This document shows, one piece after another, positions 58,645 through 64,000 of a stretch of 64,000 bases of DNA. Position 1 is the stretch's first letter; the number at the start of each line of letters is the position of its first letter. A program made the position numbers and the translations under genes. The notes under the pieces are model-generated. The model worked only from the letters and a program-made list of their open reading frames with translations, did not search any database and was not told where the DNA came from. The DNA comes from Planctomycetota bacterium (GTDB lineage: Bacteria; Planctomycetota; UBA1135; UBA2386). The stretch lies in NCBI GenBank assembly GCA_046290465.1, contig JBKAGP010000001.1, positions 2,976,001 through 3,040,000 on the forward strand. The letters run 5' to 3'.

Positions 58645-59615
58645 TCGCCCGCCGGGGGCCGTTCTTCGTGGCAGTCGGGCTGATAATGGCCGTGGCGATC
58701 GGCGTGCTCGCGCACGCGTCGTGGCTGCCAGCCGGACTGCTGCTGCTCGCGGTGATGCTGCTCGTGTTCGGCCGACGACGTGCCGAGGCGCTACGCGAGC
58801 TGGCGCTGACGGAGAACCGTCGGTTGTCGGCGCGCATCGACGAGTTCGCGATCATGCAGGGCCGATTCGTCGGCAACATCGCGCACGAGATCAAGACGCC
58901 GCTGGCGGTCGTACTGGGCGAAGCCGAGGTGCTGCAGCTACGCGGGGGCGATGCGATCGCAGTGCAGGCCATCGCGGAGAGCATCGTCGCCGATGTCCGC
59001 CACCTGGCCGATCTCGTCGACAGCTTCCTGCAGCTGGCGCACCCCCTCGCCCAGGACGAGACGGTCGAGCACGGCCCCGTCTACCTCAGCGACGTGGTGC
59101 TCGCGGCGGTCGGACGCTGTAGTGGCATGAGCACCAAGCACAAGGTGCGCCTGGTGACGCTGCTGGCGCCGCCGGACAGCGGCGATCCCTCCGCCGAAGT
59201 GCTGGGTGACGCGGTGTTGCTGGAGGTGATGGTGGAGAACCTGCTGCGCAACGCGGTGCGCTTCTCCTCGGCGGGCGCGCAGGTGACGGTGCGCACGACC
59301 GCCGATCGACGCTCTGTCGGCCTGATGGTCCAGGACCACGGCGTCGGCATTCCCATCGAACGACAGCAGGCAGTGTTCGACTGGTTCTTCGACGGCCCAC
59401 TACGCCCATCCGGCGCGTCGGGCATTGGCTTCGGCCTCTCCATCACCAAGCGCATCGTCGACCATCACGGTGGCACGATCGTCCTGCGCGACACGCCGGG
59501 CGGTGGCTGCGAATTCGAGATCACGCTGGCGCGGTGGTGGCCCGAGGCTGATGAGCCAGCGGGCGAAGGGTGCGCGCCGCCGGTGGAACCGACCGCTACG
59601 CCGGCGTCGTGGTGA
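58641..59615 (+). CDS. Sensor histidine kinase (short membrane anchor, no periplasmic domain)
   Basis: AHEIKTPL, NLLRNAVRF, DHGVGI, GFGLSITKRIV; GTGA overlap with the regulator. Confidence 0.92.
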   Translation: MIARRGPFFVAVGLIMAVAIGVLAHASWLPAGLLLLAVMLLVFGRRRAEALRELALTENRRLSARIDEFAIMQGRFVGNIAHEIKTPLAVVLGEAEVLQLRGGDAIAVQAIAESIVADVRHLADLVDSFLQLAHPLAQDETVEHGPVYLSDVVLAAVGRCSGMSTKHKVRLVTLLAPPDSGDPSAEVLGDAVLLEVMVENLLRNAVRFSSAGAQVTVRTTADRRSVGLMVQDHGVGIPIERQQAVFDWFFDGPLRPSGASGIGFGLSITKRIVDHHGGTIVLRDTPGGGCEFEITLARWWPEADEPAGEGCAPPVEPTATPASW

Positions 59616-60333
59616 CGAGGCGACCGTCGCCCCCGTCCGACTTGCCTGCAATGCTCCGCGTTCGTCGGTGCCGTCAGGCGTCGTGCGAGACGGTGACTGC
59701 CGAGCGCCCTCCTCGGCGAAGAGGCGGTTCGGGCCCAGCATCAACGACCGCGAACGTCTCGATGGCCTGAGAGCGCAAGCTCCGCCCCACGACTTTGTGG
59801 CCCGCCAGCGCGAGCGCATCCGCGTCAGGTCCTGTTCAGCGCCCGCGTCGCGAAGGTGGCATCTGCTTCGTAGAGGCTCTGCGCGCGCAACTGCGAGCAG
59901 TAGAACAACGAGCACGACATCAGGCATGCGAGCGGAAGGAGGAGATCGAGGGATGACGGCAGGAAAGATGCTCGAAGTTGCATGGCGGTGGCTCCTGCCA
60001 GACGAGGCAGGGGGTGCGCCCAGGACGGCATCCATGCCGCGCCGCTTCGGTAGCACGATATCCGGCGGGAAGGAACGACAAGCTGCGGTCCAGCTCATCC
60101 GAAACCCACCGCCTGGCGCCCGCCGGCCGGTCGCGGCCCGAATCAGCAACCGCAGTGAACGCCCAGGCCCCACCACAATGCCCTGTTCGCAGCCTGACCC
60201 GTTCGCAACGGTCGCGTAGTTCGCGATTGGCACCGAATGGGTTCACCCTGGCGGCACGCGCGCTCGCATCGCCTGCGCCAGCGCCTCGCCACTCGGTGGC
60301 GCTCCGTCCGCACCCCTCGACAACCGCGGCGCT

Positions 60334-60636
60334 ATGCTGGCTCGAATGCTTGGTGGCGAACCGCGCGACTCGGAAGTGACACATCCTGGTTGGAACCGGA
60401 GCAACTGGCTGGCCGAGAAGATCCTCAGCGGCGAGCTGCCGGCGGCGAAGAACGAGGTCCTGCGGAGATGTGATCGGGTCTTCGCCGAAGACGGCGACCT
60501 CGACGAGCACGTGCACGAGCTCGCGGCCGTCCTGGGTGGCGCCGATGCCTGCTCGACCAGCCGCCTCGCTGAGGTGCGGGCCTACCTGGAGCGCCTGCTG
60601 CACGTCCGCGAGATGTGGGCGTCGGAGCGCACCTGA
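60334..60636 (+). CDS. Small hypothetical protein
   Basis: High GC3 codon pattern from about 60377; no recognised motif; start uncertain. Confidence 0.45.
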   Translation: MLARMLGGEPRDSEVTHPGWNRSNWLAEKILSGELPAAKNEVLRRCDRVFAEDGDLDEHVHELAAVLGGADACSTSRLAEVRAYLERLLHVREMWASERT

Positions 60637-60812
60637 AGATCCGGAGCGCGGGTAGCAGGGGCGCCTCGGCGCCTACCGCTCCGGATCGTCGACCTCGATG
60701 ATGATGGCGACGATCGTGCCGCACGCGCCGTCATCTTCGACAGCGAGATCATCGCCGCCGCCGACGTGCAGCAAGCGAACGAAGCCGGCAGCGATACCGG
60801 CAGGACCAACCG

Positions 60813-62066
<1,254 letters not shown>

Positions 62067-62156
62067 GGAGTTGGTGCGGCGGGAGCGCCTGGGGCGGTCC
62101 GCGCCTGATCGGATGTCAAGAGCTGCCAGGCCGAGCCCGGACGGCCCGCGGACGCG

Positions 62157-63158
62157 TCATGCGTAATCGCGCTGCCGTGCGACCCTGAGCTGGCGAAAGC
62201 CAACGAGCTTGCCGCTCGCTTCGTCCCAGAGCTTCAGGCTGAAGGTCCGGAGGGAGCGCAGGAGCGTCATCGGCGTCACCTGCTCGAAGTGAGCGTCGGA
62301 CTCGTGACAGGCCTGCAGGTTGTAGTTGGGGATGCGGGCGCTGAGGTGGTGGATGTGGTGGTAGCCGATGTTGCCGGTGAACCACTGCAGCACCCTCGGC
62401 AGCGCGAGGAACGCGCTGCCCTTCAGCGCGGCGTCGGAGTAGCTCCAGTCCTCACGCCGTGCCCAGTAGGCGCCGTCGAACTGGTGCTGCGAATAGAACA
62501 GCCAGACGCCGATGCCGCCCGCGACGGCGAGGATCGTCAGCTGCAGGATCAGGTACGGCAGGAAGCCGAAGATCGCGCTCATGCCGATCGCCATCGCCAG
62601 CAGGCACAGGTTCGTCCACCAGACCGACCGTCGCTCGCGAGCGCCGGCCCGCGAGCTCGGCAGGCGCTGCTCCAGCAGGAACATCACCAGCGGCGCGATG
62701 CCGAGCAGCACGATCGGGTTGCGAGCCACCCGATACGCGGCGCGCTTCCACCACGAGGACTGCTGGTACTCGCGGACCGTCATCGTCCACATGTCCCCGA
62801 CACCTCGGCGGTCGAGGTTGCCGGTGGTCCCGTGGTGGATGGCGTGCTCCCAGCGCCAGTGCGCGTACGGGGTGAAGGTCAGCACGCCGGTGACGAACCC
62901 CCACCGGTCGTTCGCGGTCCGCGACGCGAAGAACGACGCGTGCCCGCAGTCGTGGAAGATGATGAACACGCGCACGAGCACGGCGCCGGCCAGGATGGCG
63001 AGCGGGATGGTCAGCCACCACGACACGGTCAGCGCGAAGGCCATGGCGCACCACAGCGCGACGTAGGGGCCGACGGAGTTGACCAGCTGCCAGCTGGCTC
63101 GCGCGACGCTCGGTCGCTGGTACTCCGCGATCAGCGGCTTCCAGACTTCGGTCTTCAT
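62157..63158 (-). CDS. Membrane fatty acid desaturase (Des-like)
   Basis: Three His boxes HDCGH, HAIHH and HHIHH; multiple TM segments. Confidence 0.93.
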   Translation of the reverse strand: MKTEVWKPLIAEYQRPSVARASWQLVNSVGPYVALWCAMAFALTVSWWLTIPLAILAGAVLVRVFIIFHDCGHASFFASRTANDRWGFVTGVLTFTPYAHWRWEHAIHHGTTGNLDRRGVGDMWTMTVREYQQSSWWKRAAYRVARNPIVLLGIAPLVMFLLEQRLPSSRAGARERRSVWWTNLCLLAMAIGMSAIFGFLPYLILQLTILAVAGGIGVWLFYSQHQFDGAYWARREDWSYSDAALKGSAFLALPRVLQWFTGNIGYHHIHHLSARIPNYNLQACHESDAHFEQVTPMTLLRSLRTFSLKLWDEASGKLVGFRQLRVARQRDYA

Positions 63159-63346
63159 ATGGCTCTGCCTTCTCGCACCTGGACGGCCGGCGCGGAGCGC
63201 GCGGCAGGGCCAGTCGCTCCCGCGCGGCCGCGGGCCACGACGGACCTCGGCCTGGTGCCTGCGGGAGCACCGACTGTGCCCATGGCCGCGGCGCGGCCCT
63301 GGGCTCGATCCACCGGCGAAGTCAGCGCGTCGCCCGGCGGCCTGGG

Positions 63347-63646
63347 TTACCAGCGACGATCGCGGTCGGGGCGGCCGCCGCCGCCGGAGCGGGGCTGGCG
63401 CGCCTGCGCCTCGTTGACGCGCAGGGTGCGGCCATCGAGTTCGGAACCGTCGAGCGCTTCGATGGCGGCGCGTGCGTCATCGGCCGACGCCATCTCGACG
63501 AAGGCGAAGCCGCGCGGCTGTCCGGTTTCCCGGTCGGTGATCACGGAGACACTCTGGACGCGGCGCGAATCGCGCTCGAACGCCTGGGTGATCGCGTCTT
63601 CGGTGGATTGGAAAGAGAGGTTGCCTACGTAGAGCTTGGTGCTCAT
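63347..63646 (-). CDS. RRM RNA-binding protein
   Basis: RNP2 KLYVGNL, RNP1 RGFAFVEM, GRTLRVNEA, Gly/Arg-rich tail. Confidence 0.93.
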   Translation of the reverse strand: MSTKLYVGNLSFQSTEDAITQAFERDSRRVQSVSVITDRETGQPRGFAFVEMASADDARAAIEALDGSELDGRTLRVNEAQARQPRSGGGGRPDRDRRW

Positions 63647-64000
63647 GGATTCGATCCTTGGGGTCGAGAGGTTGCGGAAGTCGAACTCGAGCGCCGTTGC
63701 CAACGTGTCAACGGGTACTCCGCACTGTGGCCGGGTGGGACCCGGCGTCTCGACAGCCCTTCTTCAGGACCGAACCGAGCGCGTCTGCCTGCCGAGGTGG
63801 CTGCAGACGCCGCATACGCACGCGAAATCGATGAGACTGCAAAGCGCGCGACGGGGATTGAGACTCCGCTCACACGCCGGACGCAACATAGGGCAGACTG
63901 CGGCCGTACGCTCTGGAATCTGAGAAAGATCCGCACTGGGCACCTGCCGATCGGGCAGAGACGGACCGCACGGCCATCACCTGGCCCGAGGACACGGAGG

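Noticed and set aside
59620..60330. Overlapping 264-277 aa ORFs on both strands
   Set aside because: Low-complexity Arg/Pro/Ala-rich translations without motifs or RBS; likely spurious

Overview
GC-rich bacterial window; the gene content suggests Planctomycetota, but that is inference. It has two parts, separated by a 3' tRNA-Gly(CCC) fragment at 34588-34634 that looks like the right attachment site of an integrated island. The left part (1-34.6 kb) is a dense heavy-metal resistance region: a multicopper oxidase with a C-terminal barrel-like domain, a sigma-54 two-component system with a matching -24/-12 promoter, a CusCBA-type efflux system, an ArsR-led Czc-type RND operon with a CDF-like transporter, and a convergent TolC/MFP/RND/P1B-4 ATPase operon. 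The key finding is missed by the ORF track: a secreted tandem-HMA protein gene (16264->15641, minus strand) in which both metal-binding motifs read GMT-UGA-GGC. Each UGA is followed by an identical SECIS-like hairpin, so this is a probable two-selenocysteine metallochaperone. Also notable is a Cys/His-rich upstream ORF whose stop codon is directly followed by a hairpin that sequesters the TolC ribosome-binding site, a candidate metal-sensing leader. The right part holds a DUF1611 plus PLP racemase pair, a sugar transferase, a cardiolipin synthase gene split by a complete IS21-family element (5-bp target duplication), nhaA coupled to a 2882-aa cyclic beta-1,2-glucan synthase, CBS and DUF4142 stress proteins, an OmpR-type two-component pair, and an RRM/desaturase/DEAD-box cluster. 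All calls come from motif reading by eye; no database searches were run.
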